Notes: generated by a model from the letters alone, not told the origin. A stretch of 64,000 nt of DNA from a bacterium (GCA_049472335.1 JBLIRO010000017.1:1-64000); one strand, 5' to 3'; positions 1 to 11,347 are shown, counted from the stretch's first letter. Numbers and translations: made by a program.

Positions 1-366
1 TGACCTATAAAGGATACAAGGGATATTATAGCATGGTATAACAAGCGTGGTGAGCATAGCGAGAACAGGATAAAGGATTTGAAGATAGGCTTTGGTATGG
101 AAAGGATGCCCTGTGGTCAAACCGAAGCCAATGCCGTATTTTTTAGAATAGGTGTATTGGCCTATAATCTTTTCCGGATCTTTACCCTAAACACTTTAGA
201 GAAATCATGGCATAAATGTCAGGTACAGACTATACGATGGAGGCTCTATCAAATAGCAGGAAAGATTGTATACCATTCAAATCAGATATTTTTAAAGGTA
301 CACAGACGATTTAGTAATATTTTTAATGACATACGCCTAAGAATATGGGAATTTGCCAAAACATAA
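1..366 (+). mobile_element. IS1380-family transposase, C-terminal part (runs off the left edge; possibly pseudogene)
   Basis: Frame 1 reads WYNKRGEHSENRIKDLKIGFGMERMPCG..EANAVFF...LAYNL...IRWRLYQIAGKIV, the IS1380 DDE C-terminal pattern. Codon 1-3 of this frame is TGA, so the gene may be disrupted. Confidence 0.8.
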
Positions 367-571
367 TATTGATCAGAAAGTTATTTATAATTTTTCCATC
401 TCGGATTTTCAGGGACAGGTTTGTCTGAAAATGGATTTGAAATAAGATTATAGTTTATTGGAGCCATGTGATTATATAAAATTACTAAAAATAGTTACCT
501 GTTTCTTTTTTAAAATACTTTAGGGTGCAAAAGGGTGCAAAAAAGTAAAAAATGTGGCCTAGCTAAACTTG

Positions 572-586
572 ATCTCGGATTTTGGG
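572..586. repeat. Probable right terminal inverted repeat of the IS1380 element
   Basis: ATCTCGGATTTTGGG ends where the interrupted integrase remnant resumes. Its 12-bp core ATCTCGGATTTT also occurs at 398-409. Confidence 0.5.
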
Positions 587-698
587 TATTATAAAAACTT
601 TGCAAACGCAAAACAAAACTGATATAATGTCATATATTCCTTTCTGCATAGCCGGATAATTGGAGATCTTCTTTGAAGCGTTTTATTAAATCATTCAT
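587..698 (-). pseudogene. N-terminal remnant of a tyrosine recombinase, cut by the IS
   Basis: Reads MNDLIKRFKEDLQLSGYAERNI*HYISFVLRLQKF. This resembles the SAM-like N-terminus of integrases typically paired with IS91-type transposases. It has an internal stop. Confidence 0.55.
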
Positions 699-776
699 GG
701 TCTCTTCCTGCTCTTCTCTTGTTCTTGTCCAAGGGAAGATACCGACCTGCACGAAGGTTTATAGGACTAAATTCCT

Positions 777-1139
777 ATGAGTATAGATATAAAAAAAGAA
801 GATAAGTATATTTTAGCCAGACAGACTGGAGAGGATAGCTATGCTAAAAGCTTAGAGCTTTGGAGGGGAATTATCAAAGCTTGCAATGAATATCAATGCT
901 TCAATATTCTCGGTATATGTGAAACAGAACCCTTGAGTACTATTGATGCATTTAAACATGAGAAAATATTCAGGGAGACTGGGGTTTCGAATAAACATCG
1001 GATTGCCTGGGTTGAAAAAAATCAAGCCGCAAGGGAAAAATTAAAATTTGCTGAAACTGTTCTAAAGAATCGCGGTTTTGTTAATGCAAGATTATTTACT
1101 GACGTTTCGGAGGCTAAAGCCTGGTTGCTAAAAGAATAA
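777..1139 (+). CDS. Small STAS/SEC14 (SpoIIAA-like) domain protein
   Basis: 120 aa with the RIAWV...FAETVLKNRG...RLFTDVSEAKAWL pattern. Confidence 0.65.
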   Translation: MSIDIKKEDKYILARQTGEDSYAKSLELWRGIIKACNEYQCFNILGICETEPLSTIDAFKHEKIFRETGVSNKHRIAWVEKNQAAREKLKFAETVLKNRGFVNARLFTDVSEAKAWLLKE

Positions 1140-1140
1140 A

Positions 1141-1214
1141 GCGCATAAGGAATCTCTAAACAGATTCTGGTTCCGCTGCGCTTCACTAAAAACGGTTAGC
1201 TCAATCGGTTAACC
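1141..1214 (+). other. Degenerate integron attC-like site
   Basis: Directly after the stop: CATAAG..CTCTAAAC..GGTTCCGCTGCGCTTCAC..GGTTAGC..GTTAACC, an imperfect palindrome with attC-like box order. The R'' box is degenerate. Confidence 0.45.
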
Positions 1215-1265
1215 TTTTGTTAAAAAAAGAAGATTTTTTGCTGTATCAAATTGGCCCATTATTGG

Positions 1266-3830
1266 TTATTCTAACCCGTACTTTTTCATTTTTCTAAAAA
1301 GTGTTTTTCTCGGCAATCCTAACATCATAGCTGTTTTTGTTCGTTGCCACTGATTCTGCTCTAAGGAATGAAGAATCAAACGCTTCTCAAGGGTTTCAAC
1401 GGCTTTTTGGAAGTTTGAATCATCCTTTTCAATCTCTGAATACAAAGGACCTATATCAAAGGGTTCTTCATCGGTGGTGTCGAAGAAATCAATCTGTTGG
1501 AATGTAGTATACTGATGTAAAGCATTTTGAAGCTCGCGAATATTTCCGGGCCATTTATAGTTAACTAAAGCATCGACAACGCTTTTTGGAAGATTTCGAA
1601 ACTGTAATGAGGACCCTTGTTGTTCCAGAAAATGATCTATAAGAAGAGGGATATCCTCCTTGCGGTCCCGTAAAGGGGGTATATTGATAGTCATCACGTG
1701 CAAGCGATAAAAGAAATCCTTCCGCATCTTTCCTTCTCTGACAAGATCCATCAAATTCTTATTAGTTGCAGCGACAATCCGGACATCTGCATATTTGACA
1801 ATGTGACTTCCAACAGGGATATATCCTTTACCTTCAATCGCTCTGAGCAGCTTGATTTGAATAGACAGGCTCATCTCCCCGATTTCATCCAAAAACAGTG
1901 TCCCCTTTTGGGCCGCTTCAAATAAGCCGGCTTTTTCTTTATGGGCTCCTGTAAAAGCCCCTTTGCTATGGCCAAAAAACTCACTTTCCATAAGGGTTTC
2001 GGGAATGCTTCCACAATTAACGGGGACAAAAGCATTTTTCTGACGCTTACTCAATTGATGAATCGTCTGAGCTACTAAATCCTTGCCTGTCCCTGATTCA
2101 CCATAAATCACTACCGGCGCATTTGAAGTGGATGCTTTCAGGATTAGTTCATAAACTTCCTGCATTACAGGTGATTTACCCAGAATCTTTCCGAATCTGT
2201 AACTATCCTTCATAAAGACACGAAGTTGCTTGATCTCTTCCTGAAGTTGAACCTTCTCGGATTCTATTTTTTTATCTCGAAGTTTTCGTTCGGTGATATC
2301 CCGTAATGTTAACAGTATAGCAGGCTTATCTTCCCATATAATGAAACAGTGACGACATTCCATCCATAGCTCTGCTTGCCCTGGACTCATTGGTATCTCC
2401 ACAACTTTCCAGCCTGTCTTCTTGATGGTTCCCCTCTCAATCTGAGATAAATATTTTTTAAAATAGCTGGAAATGTCGGCGGGAAAAACCTCCGTAAGGA
2501 GCATTTCGTTTCCTTGATTTGGCTTGTAGTTGACTATAGACCTCAGGGCTTGATTTGTAAACACAAATTTTTCATTCTGAATAATCCCAATCCCGATATT
2601 AACATTCTGAACAAGTGCACGATATTGCTGTTCACTGATAATTAAGGCTTCTTCCGCCTTCTTACGTTCGTTTATGTCCCGTGTCACGCAGATAATTTTG
2701 GCTTCTCCTGTTTGTGCAATATGAAATATCCGACTGGCTGACTCAACCCATTTATACTGCCCGTCTTTACATTGTATACGATATTCTAACCTGCAATCCT
2801 CATTGGTCTTTAGAAGCTTATCCATTGCCGCTAAAACTTTATCCTGGTCATCCGGATGGACATGTTGACACTTTGAAGTTCCTATGATTTCTGATGGAGT
2901 GAAACCGCAAAGAGAACGACTTGCCTCCGAGGCAAACTCTACTGTTCCATCGGTACTAAAAACAGAAATAAGATCTGTCGTATTTTCAGCAAGCACCCTG
3001 TAGTTTTCCTCGCTTTGTATGAGCGCTTCTTCAGTTTCCTTGCGCTCCATAATATCAGTGGCAATGTGTATTATTTTCTGTATTTCTCCATTTTTATCTA
3101 CAATAGGGGTGCAGGAGACCAGAAATATGCTGTTCAAAGCATCTATTTCCATCTCAACCATCTCAAACTGTTTGGAGCGAAGCATTTTTTCCAAAGGACA
3201 CACATCAGAAGATTGTTTTGATAAATGGAAGACTTCAAAACATTTTTTTGTTTTGAGGATTTTCTTACTCAGTCCGGTTACCTGTAATGCAGCATGATTT
3301 GCCTCTAGAATATTTTGATCCTTATCCAGAATGACTGTGGGGTATCCAATCGCCTGGAAGAATGCTTCCCATTCTATCCTGGATTGAAGCAACTTTTCTT
3401 CGGTTTGTTTAATTTTTGTGATATCTTCGATAATAACAGCTATCCGGGATAGTTCTGTAACCTGATCAAACAAAGAAAAAACTTTAATATCAAGCCAGCG
3501 AATCTCTCCATCGGATTGGGCAATTCGGTATTTTACCCTGTACTTTTCACCAGAGGTATCGGTGCTTGTTTCATGTACAAATATTTTTGCAATTCGATCC
3601 ATATCTCCCAGATGAACCATCTCTAAAAATGCCCTGGGATCTTTCAACAGGGCATCGATCCATTGCCTTGAAACCTTTCTATTCATAGGATTAGTGCATA
3701 TTATGCTGTTGTTAAGGTTTTCAAGGGTGATTGCTTCTTTGGTTTTTTCAAAAATTTGCTGAGGGGTTTTCTCACTCACTTTAAATCCTCTCTCTTTTAA
3801 ATAGTCAGGTATTCTTTTGGTAATTTCCAC
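1266..3830 (-). CDS. Multi-PAS sigma54-dependent transcriptional activator (bEBP, Fis HTH)
   Basis: Several PAS/PAC repeats, Walker [15 protein letters not shown] loop, [15 protein letters not shown] and a C-terminal Fis-type HTH. Confidence 0.95.
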   Translation of the reverse strand: MEITKRIPDYLKERGFKVSEKTPQQIFEKTKEAITLENLNNSIICTNPMNRKVSRQWIDALLKDPRAFLEMVHLGDMDRIAKIFVHETSTDTSGEKYRVKYRIAQSDGEIRWLDIKVFSLFDQVTELSRIAVIIEDITKIKQTEEKLLQSRIEWEAFFQAIGYPTVILDKDQNILEANHAALQVTGLSKKILKTKKCFEVFHLSKQSSDVCPLEKMLRSKQFEMVEMEIDALNSIFLVSCTPIVDKNGEIQKIIHIATDIMERKETEEALIQSEENYRVLAENTTDLISVFSTDGTVEFASEASRSLCGFTPSEIIGTSKCQHVHPDDQDKVLAAMDKLLKTNEDCRLEYRIQCKDGQYKWVESASRIFHIAQTGEAKIICVTRDINERKKAEEALIISEQQYRALVQNVNIGIGIIQNEKFVFTNQALRSIVNYKPNQGNEMLLTEVFPADISSYFKKYLSQIERGTIKKTGWKVVEIPMSPGQAELWMECRHCFIIWEDKPAILLTLRDITERKLRDKKIESEKVQLQEEIKQLRVFMKDSYRFGKILGKSPVMQEVYELILKASTSNAPVVIYGESGTGKDLVAQTIHQLSKRQKNAFVPVNCGSIPETLMESEFFGHSKGAFTGAHKEKAGLFEAAQKGTLFLDEIGEMSLSIQIKLLRAIEGKGYIPVGSHIVKYADVRIVAATNKNLMDLVREGKMRKDFFYRLHVMTINIPPLRDRKEDIPLLIDHFLEQQGSSLQFRNLPKSVVDALVNYKWPGNIRELQNALHQYTTFQQIDFFDTTDEEPFDIGPLYSEIEKDDSNFQKAVETLEKRLILHSLEQNQWQRTKTAMMLGLPRKTLFRKMKKYGLE

Positions 3831-4284
3831 AGCAATCGCATGAAATCTGTTTAAGCAATAACATACAAGACATGAAACATGCGTATCCTATTCTAAAAAA
3901 TTTCCATTATTGATTGGTTTTATGGTATTTGGAATTTTTCACGCGATTGTCTTATGGTAAGTTCCTCATCAATATGATAATCGTTGCCCTTGTTTTTTCT
4001 GGCTTATGTATTGGAAAAATCATATGTTGAGTGATATATATAAATAATAAAGGATTTTACAAAATTTTTCAAAAAGCATTATTTAAAAATAAGTCAACAC
4101 AGCAAACAATTGAGGGGTTAGACATAGCTTTTTTCAAAACTGAATGGAAATTCGAATAGAAAAAATTTTCTGGTATACGATTGAATAAGGGATAAATTAT
4201 TTACGTTTTAAGGTTTTAGAGAAAAATCGATTTAAACCTACACTTATAAAGATTTTATGCACTTTTCCTTTGATTAACCTTTAG

Positions 4285-6261
4285 ATGAAAATTGGAATTA
4301 TTTTTGAAATGGAAATTCGACTGAATAAGACAATCACTCAAAATTTTGATGCCGGAATAAGCAGAGAGTGGCTGGAAACAAACGGCCTGGGCGGATGGGC
4401 AAGCTCCACAATCATTGGTGCCCATACAAGGCGGTATCACGGGCTACTGGTTGCGGCAACAAAACCACCTGTTGGCCGTATGGTTATTCTTTCCAAACTG
4501 GATGAAATCATCGAGATATCCGGACATCGTTTTGAATTGGGCACAAATGTCTATTCTGGAACAGTTCATCCCCAAGGCTATAAATTCTTACTGCGCTTTA
4601 CAAAGGGTCTGTTTCCGGTATTTGAATATGACGTGTCAGGTATTAAAATCAAAAAAACCATATCTGCGGTTCATGGCGAAAACACTACCTTGATAATTTA
4701 TGAAATCCTCGATGCGCCGGCAGGTTTTTCTTTTGAGCTGTTACCTCTTGTGGCGGGACGTGATTACCATGGTCTAGTGAAAGCCAATGATGCCATCAAT
4801 AAGGAGATATCTTTTCATGATGGCCTTTTCCACGCCCGGCCTTATAAAGGTGTTCCGGATTTTTATATAAGGATTCAAGGGGCAGAATTCAATGCGATGC
4901 CGGATTGGTATTACAGTTTTGAGTATCCGGAGGAAAAAAACCGCGGTCTGGATTTCAGGGAGGATCTTTTTTGCTATGGTATTTTCAAACTCTCTTTAAA
5001 AAAGGGCGATAAGGTGGCGGTAATAATCTCCACACAGGACCCTGCCGGAAAAGACGCTTTTAAGATGTACGATCTTGAAAAGGACCGCAGGTTAAACCTG
5101 TTTTCCAGCCTGCCCAAACAGGATGATTTTTCCAAGATATTAGCCCTGGCCGCAGATCAATTTGTTGTTAAGCGGGGTGAGAGTTTACGAACCATTATTG
5201 CCGGTTATCACTGGTTTACAGACTGGGGACGTGACACCATGATCTCTATTCCGGGTATTACACTGGTAACCGGCCGATTCGATGATGCAAAGAAAATCCT
5301 GCGTTCATTTGCCGAGAGCACGAGTCAGGGAATGTTGCCCAATCGCTACCCCGATATAGGAGAAAAACCGGAATATAATACTATTGACGCAACATTATGG
5401 TTTTTTGTGGCTGTATATAAATATCTGCAATATACGGATGACAAAGGTTTTGTATGTTCTGAATTGATGCCCGTTTTAGAGGATATCATCCATTGGCATG
5501 ATAAGGGTACACGCTTTAACATTCGTACGGATGGAGACGCCCTTTTATCAGGAGGGATGCCTGGGATTCAGCTAACCTGGATGGATGCCAAAGCGGGTGA
5601 TTGGGTTATAACTCCGCGGCTGGGCAAGGCAGTGGAAGTAAATGCGCTTTGGTATAATGCACTGAAGATTTCCGCGTATTTGTCCATGTGTCTTAATAAT
5701 TGCAGTGCCGCTTCGAAGTATGAGAGACGGGCCATTGAAGTGAGAAGAGAGTTTAACAAGGTTTTTTGGAACAGGGAACAACAATGCCTGTTCGATTATG
5801 TTGACGGGAATTCTCGGGATGCAGCTATCCGTCCGAATCAGATATTTGCCCTGAGCCTGCCGTTTCCACTTTTATCTATGGAGCGTTCAAAGTCAGTTTT
5901 ACGGGTAGTAGAGAAGAGGCTTTTAACGCCTTATGGATTGCGTACCCTTACTCCCGATCATCCGGATTATAATCCAAGATATGAAGGAGACCGGTTTTCC
6001 AGAGACAGCGCTTACCATCAGGGCACTGTCTGGGGATGGTTAATCGGACCTTTTCTGGACGCATTGGTCCGTATAAAGGGGGCCGTCGGTAAAAAACAGG
6101 CCAGACCGATTCTTAAAAACATGGCGAGACATTTTAAGGACGCTGGAATAGGAACCATATCCGAGATCTTTGATGGTAATGCCCCATATAAGCCAAGGGG
6201 ATGTATTGCACAGGCGTGGAGTGTGTCAGAGGTTTTTCGTGCTTACATCGAGCATGTTTAA
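4285..6261 (+). CDS. Amylo-alpha-1,6-glucosidase / glycogen debranching enzyme (GH133-like); start may be 4309
   Basis: REWLETNGLGG..SST, TRRYHGLL, IAGYHWFTDWGRDT, TWMDAK, AYHQGTVW and GCIAQAWSV motifs. Confidence 0.93.
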   Translation: MKIGIIFEMEIRLNKTITQNFDAGISREWLETNGLGGWASSTIIGAHTRRYHGLLVAATKPPVGRMVILSKLDEIIEISGHRFELGTNVYSGTVHPQGYKFLLRFTKGLFPVFEYDVSGIKIKKTISAVHGENTTLIIYEILDAPAGFSFELLPLVAGRDYHGLVKANDAINKEISFHDGLFHARPYKGVPDFYIRIQGAEFNAMPDWYYSFEYPEEKNRGLDFREDLFCYGIFKLSLKKGDKVAVIISTQDPAGKDAFKMYDLEKDRRLNLFSSLPKQDDFSKILALAADQFVVKRGESLRTIIAGYHWFTDWGRDTMISIPGITLVTGRFDDAKKILRSFAESTSQGMLPNRYPDIGEKPEYNTIDATLWFFVAVYKYLQYTDDKGFVCSELMPVLEDIIHWHDKGTRFNIRTDGDALLSGGMPGIQLTWMDAKAGDWVITPRLGKAVEVNALWYNALKISAYLSMCLNNCSAASKYERRAIEVRREFNKVFWNREQQCLFDYVDGNSRDAAIRPNQIFALSLPFPLLSMERSKSVLRVVEKRLLTPYGLRTLTPDHPDYNPRYEGDRFSRDSAYHQGTVWGWLIGPFLDALVRIKGAVGKKQARPILKNMARHFKDAGIGTISEIFDGNAPYKPRGCIAQAWSVSEVFRAYIEHV

Positions 6262-6339
6262 ATTAAAAAGTCACAAAAATCTCAGAAATGTATGGTATAA
6301 TTTCATAAAGATCGGCATCGATAAGATTGGTATATGCTC

Positions 6340-8847
6340 TCAAGCCTCAACGGCTGCTTTTGCTGTTACATTTTCAATAAGCTCACTAACCTTTGGATTG
6401 GTACATACCTCGAAATACCTTCTGGGTGTCCAATCCATAAAATGCAAATTAGAGGCATTAACCCTGGCTACCCAGGACTCACGAATATACAGATTTTGAT
6501 AACTACCGGTTAAGGTTGGAAATCTTCCAGTATGGATCCGGGTTTTTTCTTTCCATAGGCCGGCTCCTGATATCTCGAAACAACGAAGTGAAATTTCATT
6601 CTTTAATTTGACAAATCCTTCTTCGTTCAATTGAATCCCATTGACGTTATAACGCAGCAGTGATTTTTCCGGATCCTCCCGTTCAAGTTCTTCATCAGGG
6701 ATGTCCTGAAAAACATAAAGATTGAAAGGAAGGTTTTTATTAGCAAAAAGCTTACGGACAGATTTTGAACAGCTCGAAAAACGGTCTGAGAGATTGAGTG
6801 CGGGTGAGATCATGATCCGATTATCACCATCAAATAGAAACATGGGGGATGAATCCCTATAACAGATACCTATTCCGAGTTCAAGGATCGGTAATTTATT
6901 CTTCATGCATTCCTGATTATAATGTTTTATGATGCGAAGCATATGTTGAGCAAGTCCGCACGCCCTGGCTACGCTGTAAAAAGTGGCGGACCCTGTTTTT
7001 TCAAATATGGAAAGGATATACGCGTCCCCTTCTACAAAGATTTTTGTAGCATCATATATTGGAAGAAGCTCACTAATGGGAATAAAAAAGTTCATACTAA
7101 AATGAGAAGCGGGATTAAGTTTACGTTCATTCATGAGAAGAGTAATTCTGGTGGATCCCCGGACGTCAGCCTTAAGCACAACATGCCCTATAATTTTCGC
7201 TTCCCCCTTTTCCTCTTCTTCAGGAAGAAGTATCTCGTACAATGTCTTATTTATCCTTGACATTTCTATTATATTCTTTTTTTCCTGCAGAGTAATTCGG
7301 TCCATAACCCTGAAGATCCTGTCATGATTCTTTAGATCACGATGATATCGAGCGAAGTCCATTAAAAATTGAACCAGAAACTGTTTCTTTGTTTGCAGCT
7401 TCAACTTCTTGATTACCTTTATCACACTGTCGAGAGGTCCGGAATCAGACTTTCCCGGATGAAAGCGCACCAATTGATCTACCGTCTTTTTTCGTTCCTT
7501 CGGAGATACCAGAGCATTTAGAACCTGTCGGGGATTCAAAGGCGGGCAATAATTTGGAACGATAGGAAGTATTTTATAAAAAGCGACTATCATATTAATG
7601 AGACCGTGTTTACGAAACCTCTCATAAACAAATTCTAAAAGCTCTCTCTGGCTGTTTGCCTCTGATTTTTTTTGACGAATTTTTTCCTTCGGAACCTTTT
7701 TTTTCTTTTTCATCTCTCTGTATTGCTCTTGTGTGTCGAAATAATCGAAGAGAACTTTCATGTTTTCCACATGACATATCCATCTCTCTATCTGTTCATC
7801 ATATTTATCCTGATATGCCTTTATTTCATCGAGAAGGGCTTTATGCTCCGTTTCGACAGCCTCTATCTTTTTATTTAACTTATCCAATTGGATTGTGATT
7901 TTATCCAGCCTGTTTTGCCTTCTTTGTTTAAAAAGTATCCTTTTTCTATTTTCCAGTTTTAGTTTGGAAGATTGAAGGGGTTCTCTTTTCTCCCTTAATT
8001 CTTTCAAATGCTTTTCCAGTAGAGGCAATCCAGTCTTCATTCCTGCAATGACCTTTTGCTCTTCACAACCTTTATCCAGTTCGTAAAACAGATCGAAGAG
8101 CAGGTCAATTAAAGATTCATATCTGTCCGGGTCCTCGGAACGGTCTCCCAGTATGATATATTTCTCAATCATGATATTTATGTCACGAACATTACTGCTC
8201 TGCAGAAGAGGATTGAAAAATACCTCCTGGGGGAATGACACCTTATCTCCGAATAATGATTCGATCATCTTGTTTAAATCTGTTTTATAAAGCCAGTGAA
8301 TGGAATCCAAAAGCGCTCCCATTGTATCTTTATATAAACTTGTTCTAAATCCCTTTATATCACCCATCCTCTTGGCTAAGTTATTAAGAGCTTCTGGTTT
8401 AAGTCCATGCCGCTTCTCATTATATTTAATGTAATCATCCAAATACCTTATCAGGGACTTGAATTCTTCATGGAATGTTTGGATAAAGAATTTGATTATG
8501 GAAATATTTGCCAAAAGAAAGATCTCAAAATTGTGTTCTGCATTTGCCTTTTTTAGAACATTTTTCATTGTGTCACCGAAAACCTGCTTGAACTCTTCCT
8601 TTTCATTTTGACTCGATGTTTTGTCCTGAACTTCAAAGAGATCGGAAGAGTCAGACTTTTCGGCCATTATTTGTTTCATGAGCTTTGTTATTGCTCCTTG
8701 GAGCTTAGAGCCGATCAGGACATCATGGCGAACATTATCCACGCCTGGGACAAGATGTTCCAGGCTGAGATTTACTGAATATTTCTTCAGGGGAAAAGAT
8801 CTCAAAACCGAGATATGTTCGGACTTTTTTTTAAAAAAGCTAGGCAT
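6340..8847 (-). CDS. Large cytoplasmic helical/coiled-coil protein with C-terminal class III nucleotide cyclase-like domain
   Basis: VVLKADVRGST, VEGDA, LELGIGI and ALNLSDR motifs in cyclase order; central coiled coil; no TM segment. Confidence 0.7.
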   Translation of the reverse strand: MPSFFKKKSEHISVLRSFPLKKYSVNLSLEHLVPGVDNVRHDVLIGSKLQGAITKLMKQIMAEKSDSSDLFEVQDKTSSQNEKEEFKQVFGDTMKNVLKKANAEHNFEIFLLANISIIKFFIQTFHEEFKSLIRYLDDYIKYNEKRHGLKPEALNNLAKRMGDIKGFRTSLYKDTMGALLDSIHWLYKTDLNKMIESLFGDKVSFPQEVFFNPLLQSSNVRDINIMIEKYIILGDRSEDPDRYESLIDLLFDLFYELDKGCEEQKVIAGMKTGLPLLEKHLKELREKREPLQSSKLKLENRKRILFKQRRQNRLDKITIQLDKLNKKIEAVETEHKALLDEIKAYQDKYDEQIERWICHVENMKVLFDYFDTQEQYREMKKKKKVPKEKIRQKKSEANSQRELLEFVYERFRKHGLINMIVAFYKILPIVPNYCPPLNPRQVLNALVSPKERKKTVDQLVRFHPGKSDSGPLDSVIKVIKKLKLQTKKQFLVQFLMDFARYHRDLKNHDRIFRVMDRITLQEKKNIIEMSRINKTLYEILLPEEEEKGEAKIIGHVVLKADVRGSTRITLLMNERKLNPASHFSMNFFIPISELLPIYDATKIFVEGDAYILSIFEKTGSATFYSVARACGLAQHMLRIIKHYNQECMKNKLPILELGIGICYRDSSPMFLFDGDNRIMISPALNLSDRFSSCSKSVRKLFANKNLPFNLYVFQDIPDEELEREDPEKSLLRYNVNGIQLNEEGFVKLKNEISLRCFEISGAGLWKEKTRIHTGRFPTLTGSYQNLYIRESWVARVNASNLHFMDWTPRRYFEVCTNPKVSELIENVTAKAAVEA

Positions 8848-9093
8848 TTTTTAAAAAACTCCTTTTGATAAACATGAAAAATGAAATTTTCAAGCAAAAG
8901 TATATACAAGATCTTATCGGATTGTCAAAAAAGGATTTGTATCGACTCTCTCTTAAGAAGAGTAGCCTTTTTAATAAGTTTTAGTCGATATGAAGATTCA
9001 GTCCTTCCACAGACGATAGGAGAGGACCTCGCTTAAAATTTGCAATTTATGTTTTAACAAGGTCCTCTCTTTCATCATTTATGAACTTATTAT

Positions 9094-9843
9094 TTATAGC
9101 CTGGTTGCGGTGAAGGTCCCCTCTTCGGCGACAAGTCCGGTCGCAAGGTTAATCACAACATAGGTCCCTTCCATACTTAAGTCTGTTACAGTGGCAGTGA
9201 ATGTAACGTCATAAGTCATTGTTCCTGTTACGCTAGTTACTATAGTGCTGTTCAGGGTCAGGATATTTCCGTCAACTGTTCCGACCACATAGGCCCCGTA
9301 TTTAAGAATCTTATTCAACAAGAATACGGCGGTACCAGCCACTTCGGTATCCGTTTGCGTAAGGGTCATACTTATCTCTCCGGTTATGACCCCTCCAAGG
9401 AGAAAGGTGCTGGTCCAGACACCGGCCCAGGTGCCGGCCACATTAGCAGGTAATACTGCTGCCGCAAAATAAGCTGCAGCAGTATAAGGAAGTGGAAAAG
9501 GAGTTGTATAAAAACTGGTAAACGGAACAAGACTGCCCGCAGCGGTTGCCTGTGGAAAGAATGGTGTGCTGCTAAAAGGAGAGAAATTATAATTAAAAAG
9601 AGGAAATGGATTGTAAAGCCCTAAGTAAGGACTAGTCAGACTGGCGGGAATGGCGGGATTATAAGAACTAAAATTATATGTGTTTGAGGCCAAAGGAATA
9701 AATGGCTGAATATATGGCGGAAAGGGAAATATCTGTCCATCGGCTGATATATTTACCATAATGAAAGAGCAAAAAATAAGAAATGTAAACAATAAACAAC
9801 AATTGACTACTTTTTTGTTAAGGTATCTGTGAAACACTTTCAA
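9094..9843 (-). CDS. Secreted protein with P/F/Y/S-rich low-complexity region and C-terminal beta-domain (paralog 1)
   Basis: Signal-like N-terminus. C-domain AGTWAGVW...LNKILK...EEGTFTATRL is closely similar to 16736..17485. Confidence 0.85.
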   Translation of the reverse strand: MKVFHRYLNKKVVNCCLLFTFLIFCSFIMVNISADGQIFPFPPYIQPFIPLASNTYNFSSYNPAIPASLTSPYLGLYNPFPLFNYNFSPFSSTPFFPQATAAGSLVPFTSFYTTPFPLPYTAAAYFAAAVLPANVAGTWAGVWTSTFLLGGVITGEISMTLTQTDTEVAGTAVFLLNKILKYGAYVVGTVDGNILTLNSTIVTSVTGTMTYDVTFTATVTDLSMEGTYVVINLATGLVAEEGTFTATRL

Positions 9844-10017
9844 CCCCCCTTTATCTTTCTAACTTTTATGGTCCTGGGTCTAATTAAAAACTTGTAAACT
9901 AAAAAAATAGAACTTAAACAATCACCTCTCTTTTGTGTATCAATTTAAAAAATAATTTAAATAATAAATTAATCAAAAGCCCGTATTACAATTTTAAAAG
10001 TCATCGGGAAAAGTATG

Positions 10018-10033
10018 TGCAATATTAATACCA
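10018..10033 (-). promoter_or_regulatory. Sigma54 (-24/-12) promoter
   Basis: Minus strand TGGTATTAATATTGCA, GG-N10-GC, about 175 bp upstream of paralog 1. Confidence 0.7.
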
Positions 10034-10204
10034 AATTGTAATTTAATAATTGACTTATAAAAAATAAAATAATTAATATATTTATAATTTATTATTATGA
10101 TTTCGTGCCGGAAGCTGTTTTTAAAGTTTTTTGGGTAAAAAAAGTCATATTAAGAATAAAATTGCAATATTAGAAATAATAAGGTAATTTAGTTAGGATT
10201 ATTT

Positions 10205-10245
10205 AAGAGAAGGCTGCCTGAAAATCTTTCAGGCAGCCTTCTCTT
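10205..10245 (-). terminator. Perfect 19-bp hairpin after paralog 2
   Basis: AAGAGAAGGCTGCCTGAAA-atc-TTTCAGGCAGCCTTCTCTT, 10 bp past the stop codon. Confidence 0.8.
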
Positions 10246-10255
10246 TGGGAAGATA

Positions 10256-11206
10256 CTATATAACGGGTGTAGAGAGGTTGAGATTAAAATTTCCGTAATC
10301 AACTTCTAATTTAACAAAGTCTTGTATTGTATATGTTCCGGTCATGGTCGTAGCACTGGTTAATGTACAATTGAGTTGTATGTTATAAGAAGCAGTTAGT
10401 AATGTGGTTGTTGTAATCAAGAGAGTCGTTGATATAAGGGGGATACTTCCTCCTGTTAATGTAAATGTTGTCCCGCCGCTGAAGATACCACTGACCTGGG
10501 CTGGTAAAGAGTTTGTAATCTTATTAAGGATCAGATTCACTTCGCCCGTAAGCTGACCACTGACCGCATTCTCGACAAGGGTCAGGTTCATAATGCCTGC
10601 ATTGAGTTTAATTAGGCTTATCCATGTCCCTGTCCATGTCCCGGCCTGTTCAGCCGTTACCACAGGTGCTATCGGCGTGGTGTTTTGGATGTCAGGAGAA
10701 AGAAGGCCCGGGCTGGATAATAAACTGGAAAATCCCAGCAGACCTCCCAAGCCGCCGGCGCCATAAATGCCTCCCAGTCCAAATAGGCCGCTGAGCCCCA
10801 AAAGGCCGCCACCTCCGTTGGGTGAAGTTATACCACCTAAACCATAAAGACTGCTCATGCCATAAAGGCCTCCAAGGCCATAGAGCCCTCCGAGGCCATA
10901 AAGCCCGCCTAGACCATATAGGCTGCTCATGCCATAAAGGCCGCCGAGCCCATAAAGCCCGCCCAGTCCATAAAGTCTACTGAGGCCATAGATCCCGCTC
11001 AGCCCATAAAATCCTCCAAGTCCATACATACTTCCAAGCCCATACAGACCTCCGTAAATTCCGCCTCCATAAAAACCTAGTCCGGAAAGGCCATAATATG
11101 CCTCTGCATTATTAAATGCTAGAGTTGAAAACAAAACAATGAAGATAATGGCCATAACCCCAAAACATATTTTTGTGGATTTAATAACTCTCACTAACCT
11201 TAACAT
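10256..11206 (-). CDS. Secreted protein with (LYGLGG)n repeats and C-terminal beta-domain (paralog 2)
   Basis: Signal peptide ending AEA, tandem Gly-Leu-Tyr hexapeptides, C-domain AGTWTGTWIS...LNKI...MTGTY; GGAGG RBS. Confidence 0.88.
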   Translation of the reverse strand: MLRLVRVIKSTKICFGVMAIIFIVLFSTLAFNNAEAYYGLSGLGFYGGGIYGGLYGLGSMYGLGGFYGLSGIYGLSRLYGLGGLYGLGGLYGMSSLYGLGGLYGLGGLYGLGGLYGMSSLYGLGGITSPNGGGGLLGLSGLFGLGGIYGAGGLGGLLGFSSLLSSPGLLSPDIQNTTPIAPVVTAEQAGTWTGTWISLIKLNAGIMNLTLVENAVSGQLTGEVNLILNKITNSLPAQVSGIFSGGTTFTLTGGSIPLISTTLLITTTTLLTASYNIQLNCTLTSATTMTGTYTIQDFVKLEVDYGNFNLNLSTPVI

Positions 11207-11347
11207 CTTTAACCTCCATAAAAAACTTAAAAAATTAGCGTCTTTAGACGATTTAGAAAAAATTTGATTTTTGAATACAGATCTAAATACAGGTCAAATA
11301 GATAATACCTGTCTTTATATATAAATATTCATTCTCTTCTTAAGCTC

